Positions 40,363 to 58,316 of a stretch of 64,000 nucleotides of DNA are shown here, in pieces. A model generated the notes under the pieces. The model was not told where the DNA came from and did no database searches. It saw nothing but the letters and a program-made list of their open reading frames with translations. Positions within the stretch are counted from its first letter, which is position 1. Each line of letters begins with the position of its first letter. Position numbers and translations under genes: made by a program. This stretch comes from the human T2T-CHM13v2.0 reference genome, Homo sapiens, in the NCBI RefSeq assembly GCF_009914755.1, contig NC_060944.1. One strand, 5' to 3'.

Positions 40363-42327
40363 AGTCCCCAAAGTACATTCCTCTCCAAAGTCTCGGTCTA
40401 TGCTCACGAGGTAGGCATCTGGCCAGTGAAGTCATCGAGGTTCAGGTAAGCAGACATCCCTCTATTTTAGGTCCAGCATCCCATGGCTGGTCCGTGGCAG
40501 GGGTTGAACAAGGAGCAGACCCTGATATCCCCACCGCCACACCTTTGTGTCGCTTGGCTGATGCCTAGGAGGCCCTCTTTTTCCTCTGCATCTGAATCCT
40601 GCTTGTCTGCCCATGATCAGGCCCAAATCTCTGTTTCTTGCAGCCAACAGCTCCTCCCTTTCTCAGCTGTCCTGGCGAGGGGCTCACACCCTGGGGTCAG
40701 AGTCCCAGGGACACACAGACAGCTGGGGTCCAAATCCCAGCTCTTTCACATCCTTTCATAGAACTTGAGGCAAATCCTAACCCTTTCTGTGCCTCCTCTG
40801 TTAAAGGTGGGCAAAAACTATTCCCAGCTTCTAAGGCTTTTAGAGAGAATCTGAGTCAATGCATGCAAAGTTCTTCAAACATGCAAGGCACATCATAAGA
40901 ACTCTGTACCACATTACTTGTTTTGGGAATCAGAGCCAATCTTTTAAGTCCTCGAGTCTCAGTTTTTCTCATCTGTAATATGGGAATGCATATATATGGC
41001 ACTATGCCAAGCTAAGAAATAACCAAAAGTAGCAGCTCTTTCTATTAGCAGCAGCAGTGTGTCTCAGCCCTCACACAGAGGATGCTTGTTAACAGACTGA
41101 ATTGATGATGGCCAGTCCACCCTCTTCCACCAAAGCACTTTCACCTTTGAAGCTATTTCTGCATTTTCAGAATGGGCAGGGCTGAGATCAGCCATGCTCT
41201 CAGAGATGCATTTTCACATCCTGCTGAGAGGGGCCCCTCCCAGGCCTCACTGCGCCCTAGTGTGCGCAGACAGCTTTGGGCCGGCGACCTGCAGAGCAGC
41301 GTGAGTCACTGACGCTCTCTGCAAACCAGAGGCCTCCGGAAACCAGCCCAGACAGCAGACTCACAAGCACCCTGCCACCAGCCATTTTATGAGCAAGACC
41401 TTGGGGCTTACGAGAAAGATGCCACACCACGTGCCAAACTGTCCCCAGCTCTTGGGATGAGTAGACATGGTGATTCTGAGACTCTGGTTTCTAGTAAAAG
41501 GGGCTCACTGGGAGGAGAGCATGTCACTGGCAGATCAGTTTGTGGCCAGGAAGGCACCAAGCCCCAAGATGGCAAGAGGAGCCACCTGCTTCGAGTTGAG
41601 CTCCTGGAAGAGAAATGCATCAGACGCCAGCCAAGCAACACCAGACAGGACATGCCCCCCAAATTAGCTTCCAGGGACCGTAAGACATCCTCCTTGTCCT
41701 CCCCCAACCCACCCTCCACCACTAGACTTCAATGATGCCTTTCAAACCCCAGATCCACATGCAACGCGAGGCCAACAGAGCAGTACCAGAGGCTGCTCTT
41801 CGGGACTGGAGACACCACTCAGGAAGATGTGAGGCAGGCAAACACATTCACCTCGAGTTCCCAGGGAACTGTGGGTGTGCAGGCGCCATGACCTCACACG
41901 TGTCATCTCACATCTCACCGTGCCTCACCAGCAGGTCTGTTTGCATGTGCCATGTTCGTAGAAGCTTGGCATCAGATAGGCAAGCTTTCATAGGCACTGC
42001 CTTTCAGCTGTGCATGGCTCCTGTGGCCCTGGTGTTTTGGGAGGGAGTAGCATGAATCAGATCACAGAACCCCGTATCTTGAAACCTGTGACATTTTAAC
42101 ACCAACCTCTCACTGGTTGGTAATACCCTCATTAAGGCACAGACCTCATCTCTCTCATCTACTGCTGTATCCCCAGCACCTAGGACAGAGCCCAGCACAT
42201 AGTAGGTGCTCAGTAAAAATCTCAAGGAGGAATGATTGGGCGAAAGAATAACTACCACCTCCTAATTGATAGGACTTGCCCAGAATTTTTCCGATCAGGT
42301 CTGGCTTTCAACTGTCTCCCAGAGCAC

Positions 42328-42552
42328 AGCAACCTCCGCCTCCCAGGTTCAAGCGATTCTCCTGCCTCAGCCTCCTGAGTAGTTGGGATTACAGGTGTCC
42401 GCCACCATGCCCGGCTAAACTTTGCATTTTTAGTAGAGACAGGATTTCACCATGTTGGCCAGGCTGGTCTCAAACTCCTGACCTCAGGTGATCCGCTGGC
42501 CTTGGCCTCCCAAAGTGCTGGGATGACAGGTGTGAGCCACCACACCCAGCCT
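42328..42552 (-). mobile_element. AluS lacking its 3' end
   Basis: Reverse Alu with no tail. Confidence 0.88.
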
Positions 42553-44641
42553 ACATATATATGTTGTTAATCCTCACGGTCATCCCATGAAGTAGGTATT
42601 GACTGCCCCCATTACACAGCTGAAGAAACCAAGTCTCCGAAAGAGTAACAAACCCAGGCTCTGCAGCTATTACGTGGCAGAGCAGTGTGGCTCAGGCTAC
42701 TTGTAGATAGAAATTCGTTTTCACTTACCACCTGGCAACAAGAATACGCTTCTCTGAATGCAGCTCAGCACAAACACTGGTCCTTGGGAGACCCTAGCTT
42801 TTATCAGGGTTGGGCAGTAGAAATCACCCACATGGTACACAAAGAAAAATGGGTTGGCATCGTTGTTAGCTTTGGGTAACCTGTGGCGGGGAGCAGATAC
42901 TGAGATTTAAGAAGCAAAGAGCGGCTTGGCCCCCTCGGGACCACTATGCCAAGCCCGGTACACATCTAAAAGGTGAAATGGTGCTGGTGTATTACAAGAG
43001 TTAAAGCCAAGGCCTGGGCTGCGCAGAGGAATGACTGGAGGCGCCCCGGCTTGCTTCCATTGGCAATGTTCTCCAGCAGAAGGGGAAAACGTAGGCTCAA
43101 TTCCCACAAACCCACCAGCAACCGGGGTTTCTAGACCTCACAGAGCCCAGGCCTTCCTGTGGTATCAGTCTGACTCTGGCTTGGGGCCTGGGGGCATCTG
43201 CAGCCCACGTAAGCCATCCTCTCTAGAGAGGGTGTGACATCTTAGCTCCATAGCGGCGCCTGTCTGAAAGGGAAATTCAGGTCACCTCCAAGGGTGACAG
43301 GAGTCAGTGGCTTCCACAGCAGAAGCCTGGGTGTTATGACCACTTGCCGGCCGCCTCGTCGGAATTCCATCTTGATTGACTCTCCCTAGCTGCCTGCCAG
43401 CACCCACCCACTGTCAGGACCCAGGGATCCCACTTGGCCTTTAAGACTGAAGATGATCTGCTTCTCTCCCTCACTCTCCCCTAGTCCACAGTCTTCCTCA
43501 GTATACGCTATTCACGTCAAGCCTGCTCACGCCCCAGGGCCTTTGCACCTGCTGTTCGCTCTACCTGGACTCCTGCTCTTGCCTTAGACACCTGCTGTTC
43601 TCTCTACTTGGACTGCTGCTCTTGCCTTAGACGTTTGGAGGGCTCTCTTGATAAGACCTCTTCTCAAATGCCACCTCCCCTGAGGTGCTCCCCTTACTGG
43701 AACGGCAAGCAGGCCTCCGTGCCACCCCATCATGCCCTGTCCCCCAGCCTGCTTTTCTCTTCCAACAGAACACTTGGCACCCCCAGTTTTATCATTTATA
43801 TTTTCAAACTGCAAGCTGTAGGAGGGCCGGGACTTTGAGCCTCTTCACTGTGTTAGCCCCAGCAGTGAGCAATAAACGGCTGTTGGATGAATGAATGATT
43901 TAGCGAAAGAATGGACAAATAAATGAACCGACTATGGCTTCCGGGTATTGGCAACCCAGTGCTGACTTCATCTTGCGGACATCGGGTGCTGTAGTCCTCA
44001 GCTCTGTAGAGCAGATTCCAAGGAAACTGGGAATCACGCTTCGTGGTCACAAAGGAGGAGACAGTGCCTCTGAGCTCTTGCTCATGCTGCACTCCTGCCT
44101 GGCACCCCATCTCCCCTGCTAACTAGTGAAATCCTGATCCCAAAGTTGCAGAGGCCCACAGCCCCTAGGGCACCCAGCCACGTGCCTGGCATTTGGAAGG
44201 CTTATTCAACTGCTGAGCAGACGGGGTCAGGACGAGAACCGTGGAGTCTGGAACCCTAAGCCTTCACTTTCCACTCGGTCCAACTTAAAGAAGGAGAAAT
44301 TGTTTCTTCGTTTGTGAATATCTCCATCCTGAGCTTATTTCATACGCCAACTGGGACATGGCTAGAAATTGCCCATGAAAAGACTGTAGCAGGAAGCAGG
44401 TTTTAAGAGCAGCAGATCCTCAGGAAACCTGAGCTGTTTAGAGACAGGAGGGCCAGCCTTCCAACCAAAGTCCTCTGTGGCCCAACCCTGGGCATCCATC
44501 CGCTCAGGCCACTGAGTGTCCAGGGGAGGGAGAGGTGGACCACAAGGCCAAAGCCAGTTTCTCAAGCATTTCCCACCCATGTGGCAGGGTCGGTGGCTGG
44601 GAAGGACAGTGAGCCTCGTGAGAAGTGGCTCTTTATTTCTA

Positions 44642-46990
<2,349 letters not shown>

Positions 46991-46998
46991 TTTATTAT

Positions 46999-47140
46999 TT
47001 AAAGGAAAGGAAGAGAGGGAGAGAAAGAGGGAGAGAAAGGGAGGGAGAGAGAAGAAAGAAGGTAATGAAGGAGGGAGGAAGAGAGGGAAGGAAGGCAGTG
47101 GGGAAGGGATTATTTGGAGAGAAGGAAGACAAAAGGAGAC
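46999..47140. repeat. GA-rich polypurine tract
   Basis: Almost entirely A/G. Confidence 0.8.
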
Positions 47141-47981
47141 AGATCTCCTTTGCACCCACCATACAAGAGCTGGTATTTTTGCACATCCTGGCACATCTAG
47201 AGAGCATTCTAACACACTTAGGGCAGGAGAGTGTCACCTCTCAGAGAGGCCTTCCTTGATGACCCTGTCTAAAGTCTCTCCCCCAGCACCCTGTTTCTTT
47301 TCTTCATGGCATGTGTCACCAGCTGAAATCTATTTCTTTCTGGCATTTTTTTCTTCCTTACTAGACTGTATGAACCACAGAGCAGGAACCTCACTCCATT
47401 CACCCAGCACCTACCAATTTACCTGGCTGGAAGCAGGTGTTGATAGATGACAGTGGTGATGGTGATAATGATAGTGGTGGCAGTGGTGGTATTTGGTATC
47501 TACTGGGTATTTACTCTGTGCCAGGCCTTGTTCTAAGCAATCTACATGTACTAACCCACCCAATGTTCACAGTGACCCATGAGGTAAGTGTTATAATGAT
47601 TACTCCCATTTTGCAGTTCAGTAAATCAAGGCTCAGTGAGGCAAAGGGCCTCGATCAGAGTTACGCAGGTAGCACGTGGCCGAGCAATGATTTGCATCCA
47701 GAAGTTCTGGTTCCAGGGCCTACCCTGGATTCCTGCCTTGCTGATAACATTTCATTTAATAGTAAAGACAGAAGCTTTTTTTCAGGCCTAAAGTGACCCT
47801 GAGTTAACCACTGAAGTTCAAGGAGGACCTGATTAAACCTAATTATTTCTCCTGCCCATACTAGCCCCAGTGTTCTTTATCCATGCACACACACATACAC
47901 ACACCCATATACACACACACAGTATAACTACACCTGGCCACACTACAAACCATAGTGCAAGGTCCTGAAGCAATGCAATTG

Positions 47982-47983
<2 letters not shown>

Positions 47984-48012
<29 letters not shown>

Positions 48013-48294
48013 GAGACAGAGTCTTGCTCTTTCTCCCAGGCTCGTGTGCAGTAGCACAGTCTCAGCTCACTGCAACCTCTGCCTCCCAGGTTCATGCGAT
48101 TCTCCTGCCCCAGCCTCCTGAGTAGCTGGGATTACAGGCGTGTGCCACCACGCACAGCTAGTTTTTGTATTTTTAGTAGAGACAAGGTTTCAACATGTTG
48201 GCCAGCCTGGTCTTGCACTCCTGACCTCAAGTGATCCACCTGCCTTGGCCTCCCAAAGTACCGAAATTCCAGGTGTGAGCCACCGCGCCTGGCC
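47984..48294 (-). mobile_element. AluS
   Basis: TSD CCTGAAGCAATGC. Confidence 0.93.
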
Positions 48295-49404
48295 TGAAGC
48301 AATGCTCTTTGACTTGTTTTCTGCCTGGCACACAGTAGGCACTCTGCAGATGTGTTGAGTAGAACTGACCAAAGTGCAAGAAATTTGGGCCAGGATGCCA
48401 AACTTTCCAAAGCAGAGGTCCCAACCTCAGTGAGAAAACATCACTATTAAGAGCCCCATTAGGGTGAGCGAGCCCCTCTTTGAAATTCAAGGCCCCCATA
48501 GGAGGGAGCCCTAACCCCATTATCACACCCACCCAGCAGGAATTTACTTAACTGCTTTCCCTTCAGCTCCCCTTCCAGCCTTACAGAGGGGACCCTGAAC
48601 AGCTAAGAACTCTGATAATAAGAAACCAAGGGCTATAAGATCTGGAGTTTGAATTTAGGGAATTCTTTCCAGGATAGGCCTGGCCAGAGCCTGTTTTGGT
48701 GTGAGCCCCCATGACTGGCACACTCTGGCATCACACAGCTGGGGGTGATTGGACTGGGGAAGGGGTCTGCGACCAAAAGGGGTGGCCCTCTTAGATGCAG
48801 CCAAGCCGTCTGCATTCTGAGTCACAAGGCCATCCTCAGAACCTTCTCCCTAATAGGAACAGAACAGGAAACTAGCATGCTGAGAGCTGCTGCCCCCTTC
48901 TCCACACGGGCCAGGGGGTGGGCAGGAGCAGGGAGTTCCAGTTCCTGGGCTGAGGCATGAATTTCTCAGAACCCTGGCAGCCTGGAAAACACAGAGCTGG
49001 TTTCTGTTTTCCACCCCCAGAAACAGCCTGTAACCACAGCAGGAGGGAGGCCCCGCTGGCCTGGTCGGGAGCACCCTGGCCAGGCCAGGATGCAAACACT
49101 GCTGCTGTTTAGAGAGGGAAACCCTGGCCGGCTCACATGCCCGATTCCTGGGCGTCCCCGGCCACCTCATACTCTCTGCCAGCTGGGTCCACGGGGATGC
49201 TATCTTCGGGAGGAGCAGGGAGTTGGAACGCAGCCCTCAGAACAGGGGTGCATGCCAGCTGGGCTAGACGTTTGGCATGCAAAGGGGGTGCAATCTCATG
49301 GGTCTCCCTGCAAAAGGAGTACTTCTGTGTCCAAAACAAGCTGGTGCCAAGCACAACAGAACAACAAGGAGCACAGGAGAAGGAGAAGGAGAAGCACAGG
49401 ATGA

Positions 49405-49481
49405 GGCCGCCGACCCCACCCCCGCCCCACCGACCCCGGCCCCCCCATCCCCCGCTCCCGCCGCCCCCCCCCCTCCCCGCC
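49405..49481 (-). repeat. C-rich (+) / G-rich (-) low-complexity tract, predicted G-quadruplex
   Basis: Eight runs of three or more G on the NFATC2 sense strand within about 75 nt. Confidence 0.8.
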
Positions 49482-49943
49482 AAACACATGGAGCCGAGTA
49501 CAGTGTCCTGCTCTCCAGGCAGCCAGCTCCCGGGTTTCACAATCCTTTCCATGGCACTCGGGTTTGCTGTCACAACAACTGCAGGATGACCCGGTGCTGG
49601 GCAGCACTGCTGGCTGGAGGTGAGAAATCGATTTTCTCACCGGCCCAGTGGCCAGCACATTTTTGAGGTCATGCCCCGGCCTGGCCTGTGGAGTCCCCCA
49701 AGCATCTGCCTCTGTCAATCCACTGTGCCCTCTGAGGCTGGACTGCATGGCACTAAGAGGGCCCTGGGTTCCAAAGCCATCCTGCTGAGAAGAGATAACA
49801 GCCTGATTCTAGGACCAGGACACAGTCTGTCTCCTCAGGGTTTATTCACTGGCAAATCTTGTTAGCAGATGCTAGAGGTTTTTATTTGCACTCCTGAACT
49901 CCCAAAGAAACATATGGCATCTTTTTTCAAAAAAACCTAAAGA

Positions 49944-50260
<317 letters not shown>

Positions 50261-50779
50261 CAAAACTAAAGAACATGTACAAATGTACTCACTTGCTGTG
50301 GGACCTTGGACCAGTTACTTAACCTCCCTGGGCTACAGTTTCCTCATCTATAAAATGCCTCTGCGGCTGCCATGAGGGTTAAATGAGCTAATGCAGCAAA
50401 GTCTTAGAAGAATGTCTGGTAAACAGTAAACATCTAAGCATGAGCTGCTATTATCATTATTGTTCTTTTGTGACAAATAGTTTTAAATCATTTTAAACCC
50501 AGGCAGTCTCGGTTCTCAGTTTCATGCCTGGTTATTCATTCGATACCACAAATATTGGGTGAGCACCTTTTATGCAGGAAGCTGAGCCAGGTCTTTGAGC
50601 AAAGGGTGGACGTCAGCAAATGTTGTCAAGGGCTTCCCATGTGCAAAGCCAGCCCATGTGCAAAGGCAGTCAGCAGTGCAGACAAGTCACAGCATTTGTC
50701 CTCACTACCCAGAGACTCGAGCAAGGGAGAAAAAATAAATAAATAAATAAATGGAAACACCTGAAAGAGACCATGTTCA

Positions 50780-51178
<399 letters not shown>

Positions 51179-51440
51179 GTCACAGGAGAGCAGGATTTCC
51201 AGGCGGTGGTTAAGGCATGGGCAAAGGTTTGGAGGCAAGAAAGCCTCCGCACAGCCGCAGTCATCCTCCCCTCACAGCTGAGGGGTGGGCGAGGCTGATC
51301 ATGCATACACACAGCCGGAAACACAGCCCCAACCAGAACAGAAAGGTTTCTGTTTCTAAATCCTCATTTTCACTCCAGCCTCTGGGGTCATTTCTAGGAC
51401 CTGAAATCTGCCCCTTTCTTTTTAAAAATTCTCTCCTAGG

Positions 51441-51771
<331 letters not shown>

Positions 51772-52333
51772 CTACTCTTGCTCAGTATTTCCTTGTGTGT
51801 CTGCATCTTATTAACAGACATTTAGCCTGTTTCTAGTCTCCTGCTACTATAGACAAGGCTGGAGTCAACATCCCACACACCACACGCAGCAGGTATCCGG
51901 ATGGACCCGGCTTCCTGAAGACAGATGAGGCTTATTGTGGTCCCTGAGTAGTTGGCCACCACCTGTCTCTGGGGATCCAGGAAAACCAAGAGCTCCTGAA
52001 GTCACCAAGCTTCATGCCAGAGAACACTGTGCAGGGCTGGGGACCAGTGACATGGAATCAACAGCCAGCCTGGCTCACAGCTGGGCCAGCACACCTCTAA
52101 AGATACATTTCTAGAAGTGGGATATTCTGGATTAAAAGATGTGTGCATTCTAAATTTGGGTTCATTTCACCAAATTGCCCTTCAAAAGAGGTTCTACCCA
52201 TGCAGATGCCCACCAATAATGACTGAGAGGACATGTTTCACACCCTCTCACCAATACCGCACTTTATCAGCCTCCCTTCCTTCCATTCCTCCTCCTCCTT
52301 TCCCTTTCTTTCTTGCCAATGTTGTCAGTCTCA

Positions 52334-52828
<495 letters not shown>

Positions 52829-54774
52829 TCAGAGGACCTGCCGGCTCTGCCTGGGTAGGGCACAGCACCCACCTGGGATTCCCAGGGTGCCAGCTCCTGG
52901 CTTCTCACTCTGTCTGGCTGAAGGGGCTGCTCCCTCAAACAGGAAGCCATGATGAAGGGGTTTCACATCTGTCTGGAATAAAGGGCCCGTTCAAATCTGG
53001 GAGAGGCTACGTGGGGGCCAAAAACTGGTGAGAAGATATGAAAGGAGGGTTGGCACATCCCAAGTGCAGAGATGAAGACATTTCTGCAGCCCTGGACAGA
53101 TAAAGATGAGGCTAAGAAGATGATGAAGCTGATAGCTGCTCTCTATGGAGTGCTGTGTGGCTGACCTGGTTATACTCACTTCTCATACATCATTTCCTTT
53201 AAACCTCAAGCACTGCTAATATCCCCATTTTGCAGATGGGGAAATTGAGGTCACAGACATTCAGTAACTCACCTAAGGCCACACCCCCAAGTTCCTTAGG
53301 CAACAGATGGGAGCTGAGCATGGGGGCCAGAGGGACAGTAGGGGCAGTAGCAAGAATTCACTTTAGCGCTGGTTGAATGTGAGGTTCCTGCAGGGAATCC
53401 ACATGGAGGGCCCAGGAGGAGGTCAGATCAGTGGGTCTGGGGCAAAAGCCAGTTTCCTGGAGTCTCATCAGATGAAGGAGTGAAAAGGCAGGGGGAGCAG
53501 CCCAGGATAAATGCCCTATTCTCTTTATACGTGGACTCAGAATCACTTCTCACACACGTGCCTCTAACCACCCATTGCCTGTGCCTCTGGCTTTGTAACC
53601 TCAGACAAATCCCTCCCTTTTCTCAGCCTTCTTTCACATCTAAGATGCAGAGATGACCATCCCTGCCTTCCACGGCGCCCAGTAAGGGGGAGGGATCATT
53701 AGCATTGTTACAATATTTCCTGTACTTGTCAGTCTGGCAAACACACTCCCTCCAAAACTTCAACCTTCCACCTGCCAGTAGCTTCCCCTTCCTCCCAAAA
53801 TAAAATCCATAGCTCTCAACCCGCGAGGCCTGTCCCCTCCATGCTCCCTTTCCATGACGCCGCCGTCATTACTCTCAACCACACCAGACCTCTCTCTGTC
53901 CTCCACACAAACCACGTTTCCTCCCAGCTCTGCCCTACGTGCTTGCTCTTCCCTCTGCCTGGAATTCCTTCCCCTCACTCTCTTCCTCCCGGTCTCAAAT
54001 CCAAAGTCACTTCCTCAAAGAGGTTGGTCCTGACCACCCCGTTTGAAGTTATGCCCGTCCCCATCGTCACTTTATTGAACTCCGCACTTAGTCTCCACCC
54101 CCAACATCTGAAATTCTCATCATTTTCTGGTTGACATTTGATGAACAGCCTTCCCCTTGCAGAGCAAGCTCTGCCAGCAGGGAGGCCCCATCCATTTGGT
54201 TCACTTCTGTGTCCCAGCACCTACCACCAAGCCCAGCTCACTTTACATACTCAGTGGATATCTGTTCAAAGAAGGAAAGAACACCAGTTGATAAGAAACA
54301 AACCAAAAAAGCAAATGCTCAAGCAACACGCCCCCTGAGCAGTTCCCGAGGCAGCCAGCCTGCCAGCTGAATGCTAAAGGAGGCGGCATCCACATCACAG
54401 CATCAGCCCTCCCTGGTACCCGCGGGGCACCGGGCAGTCCGTAAGTCACTTTTCACACATGCCTCGCCCAAGGCCACAAGCAAGGAAGAATGAAGGCTCT
54501 GAATCAAGCTTCCTTTGACACTAACTACTCAGCAACATCTTGTGACCCTGGGGCCCCTGTCCTGGGTGCTGTACTAGGGAACAGGCGGTGCCATGGGGAG
54601 ACACTAGTTCCCGGTGGCTTCCCACACTCAGAGAGTGCTAGGAATGCTCCAGTCCACCAGTAACAATCTTTTTGTAGAGTGGACACTCCTTCCCCGAAAC
54701 ACACATGGTGTGGTCAGCACTCAATATTATAAAGCTGTTACTTCTACCAGAGCTGGACACTAAATCCTTCAGAT

Positions 54775-54985
54775 GGTGGTTCTTAACCAGGGGCAACTCT
54801 GCCCCCCAGGGGATACTTGGCAGTATCTGCAGACATTTCTGATGGCCACATCTGGGGTGCTACTGGCATCCGGTGCATTGAGGCCAGGAACGCTGGTACA
54901 CATCCTTTCATGCACAGGATAGCCCCTCACAACAGAGAATAATCCAGCCCGAAATGTCAGTAGTGCTGAAGCTGAAAGACTTGCT
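54775..54985 (+). mobile_element. MER20 DNA transposon
   Basis: gtggttcttaaccagggg...tgccccccagggga...gctactggcatc...aaatgtcagtagtgctga. Confidence 0.85.
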
Positions 54986-55054
54986 TCAAGAGAAAAGGTA
55001 ATAAGAAAATGTTTTGAGATTCCTGGACTGACCGTTAGGAGAGGAGTTTCCTGA

Positions 55055-55436
<382 letters not shown>

Positions 55437-55669
55437 CCCTAGGTTTTCTTTATAGTACGTATTTACCACCTGACATTATAATATATATTTATTTCACTGT
55501 TTGTCTCACCAACTAAGAAGTACGCTCCCTGAAGGCAGAGACTCTGTTTCACATGCTGCTGTGTCCTCACTGGCACACAGTAGGGATTCAATAAATATTT
55601 GTGGAATAAAGAAACTCCTAAGAATATCAAGTCATACAAAATATCCAACCTCCTTTTGCAGCTGTTTTC

Positions 55670-56135
55670 TCATTATGATCATACCTATCCTGCACAAAGA
55701 CCCCAAATCCATTCTCCTGTCTTCCACAGTAGCAGGTTTCAGCTATGCACATGACTGGGTAATATAAATATAAAAACTATACTTCCCAGCCTCCTCTGTG
55801 GCTCAGTGTGGTTACATAACAAGACTCTGGCCAATACAGTATTAGCTGAAGGGATAAATGTGATTTCTGGGTTACGCCCTTAAAGGAAAGGGCGTGCCCT
55901 CCTTCCTCTTTTTTCCCATCCAGGAGCCATCTTGGATGACTCAGATGAGGGTACCATCCTGAGAATGGAGAGTGATAAGACAGAAAAAGCCTGGGTTCCT
56001 GGTATGATGGGGCCAGCATACCAGCCATGGACTGCTTATCCCTGTGCTGTTACAAGAGGAAGAAATCATCTATCTTGTTAAAGTCATTGTTACTTTGGGT
56101 TTGGTTACAGCAGCCTCTACATCCTAATCAATACC
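55670..56135 (+). mobile_element. Old ERVL LTR (LTR16/LTR33-like)
   Basis: cttcccagcctcctctg...tctggccaat...tcttgttaaagtcattgttactttggg. Confidence 0.5.
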
Positions 56136-56309
56136 CTCTAATAATCCTCCCAATAACCTCCCCTGCCTTGCAAGCACTAACTGCTTTGGAATCACGCTCA
56201 AAGACTCCATAACACCGCAAGGAGTATCTCAGCAGCTGGCATTCGAGAGGGATTTCATGATTTCCCCTTCTCACGTGTAGGAGATGTGATCCTCAGTTCA
56301 CATGTAGGA

Positions 56310-57750
56310 TTATTTCCTCCCTCAGGCTTCAGAATATCTGAGGACATTGCTAAGCCAGAGAAAGAAAGGACAGGAAGTCATATTATTTCAGTCCTTCAAA
56401 TGATAAGGACAAAAGGAACTACCAAAAAAAAGCCCATTAAAATCTTAAAACACCAATTATGCTTAAATTCATGAGTTCATAATGGTACCAAAAAAAAAAA
56501 AGCAACTACACACAAACAACCGTAATGGATCATCACTGTAAGATATTAATGAACCAACCCATTATTTTAAAAACTGGTAAATAAAGGGAAAGAATCAAGC
56601 ATTCATCCTGCTTTTCCTATATGAATTCTATCATTGTTGATGAAGGAAAGTTTCTCTTTATAGAAGTTTTCCAGCTAACAGTAGAGGAAGGGATGGCAGA
56701 ATTAGAATAGAATATCACCATTTTATAATTCATGCACCACTGAATTAATGGAGCAAGGCACTGACTATCACCAAAAGACAGGCAACCCAACTCCACGTAC
56801 CTCCTGTCAGAAGGATGTGTCATCACCCATGAAGCAATCTTGCCAAAAACAATTGAATCTGAATGAATGAAGCCTCTCAGTTTTACTGCTAACTTACAGG
56901 ACATACAGAGGAGACAGGAACACACTAAAAACCTCATCATGGAGATATAACTGGCAAAAGCCAGACTGAAAAATTTCACAGGATAAACAACCTCATTTTT
57001 TCAACAAATAAATTGCAATATAATACTAATGATGAAACCAAAAAAGGATCTTATTATTTAATCTAGAGGAAGAACCTCTAGATTTAATCTAGGGGAAGAA
57101 CCTCCCCATCAAACCAGACTTAAAACAAAGGCATCTGCTTGCAACGCTTGGTCTGACTCCCGACGCAAATGAACTATAATAAAAACAAAGAAGAAAACAC
57201 TTTTATGATATTTATATATAAGACAACCGGAAGTTTAAACACTAGGTATTTCATGATATTAAGGAAGTATTATTAATTTCCATGTGTGCTAGTGGTCTTG
57301 TACTTTCAGAGTCCTTTTTTTAGAGATACATGCTATTTCTACACGAAATTATAGGATGTCTAGGATTTGCTTCAAAATATTGCTGTGTAGCTAGGCACCA
57401 TAGCAGGCACCTACAGTCCCAGCTATGCTGGAGGCTGAGGCAGGAAGATTGTTTGAGCCCAGGAAATCGACACTGCAGTGCACCATGATTACACCTGTGA
57501 ATAGCCACTATGCTCCAGCCTGGGCAACATAGCAAGACCCTATGTCTTAAAAAAAAAAAAAAACAAAAAAAACTAATAACAACAAACCCCCAAAACAAAA
57601 TTACCAGGTAATGAATATAACAGGATGAAGGTGTAGAAGAAATCAGATTGGCCATGCATTGATAACAGCTGAAGCCTCGTGGTGGGTATGTAGGGGTACC
57701 TTGTACTATGCTATAGTTACATATGTTCAAAATATTTAATTAAAAGTTTT
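56310..57750 (+). mobile_element. Old L1 (L1MC/MD-like) 3' end with a nested Alu monomer (~57389-57572)
   Basis: gaaggaaagtttctctttatagaa; agattggccatg...gataacagctgaagc; A-rich end. Confidence 0.7.
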
Positions 57751-57889
57751 AAAATCTTACCCCCATTTAAAAATCTTCCCCAGCCACAAGGAGGGGAAGG
57801 AAGGTAGAGGGAGGGAACACTTTCGAAGGCCCCGGCCGGATGCAGGTCCTGGATTAATGAGCCTTGGATATGTGTGGCACTTCCGTAAT

Positions 57890-58316
57890 GGGGGCACAAT
57901 TCAAACGCCTAATGGGTCCAGATAGGAACCCTGAATGAGTGAAATCGGTGAAGTCTAAGAGGAACAACAAAACAAGTGTGAAGATAAATAACAATGGACA
58001 ATCCACCTATCGTCGGAAGACAAAAGGGAATGGCGGGGGCTGTGGACAGAGCAAGTGGATGTTCCAACTAAAGGAAGTAGCCTCTGCTCAGGGCCAGCCT
58101 TGGTTTTGACTCCCAGTAGCTGCCATGCAGGAGGTGGGGCCCAAGGTGGCTAGATCCTTGGATTTTCTAAGCAAAGTCAGAAATCCCTATTTTTATGTGC
58201 AATCCCCGGTTTTTCAACACTGGCATCTAATCAAAATATTTTTTCAAATACCGTGTGGGCCAAACAAAATATCTGCGGGCGAAATGCAGCCCATGGAGCA
58301 CCAGTTGGCCGCTCCT
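57890..58316 (+). mobile_element. MER102-like DNA transposon
   Basis: ttcaaacgccta...cagaaatccctatttttatgtg...gtgggccaaacaaaatatctgcgggc. Confidence 0.65.

Noticed and set aside
49133-49748. Pro-rich and Gly-rich ORFs of 129-150 aa on both strands
   Set aside because: Produced by the C/G-rich tract; no homology recognised and no splice signals identified.
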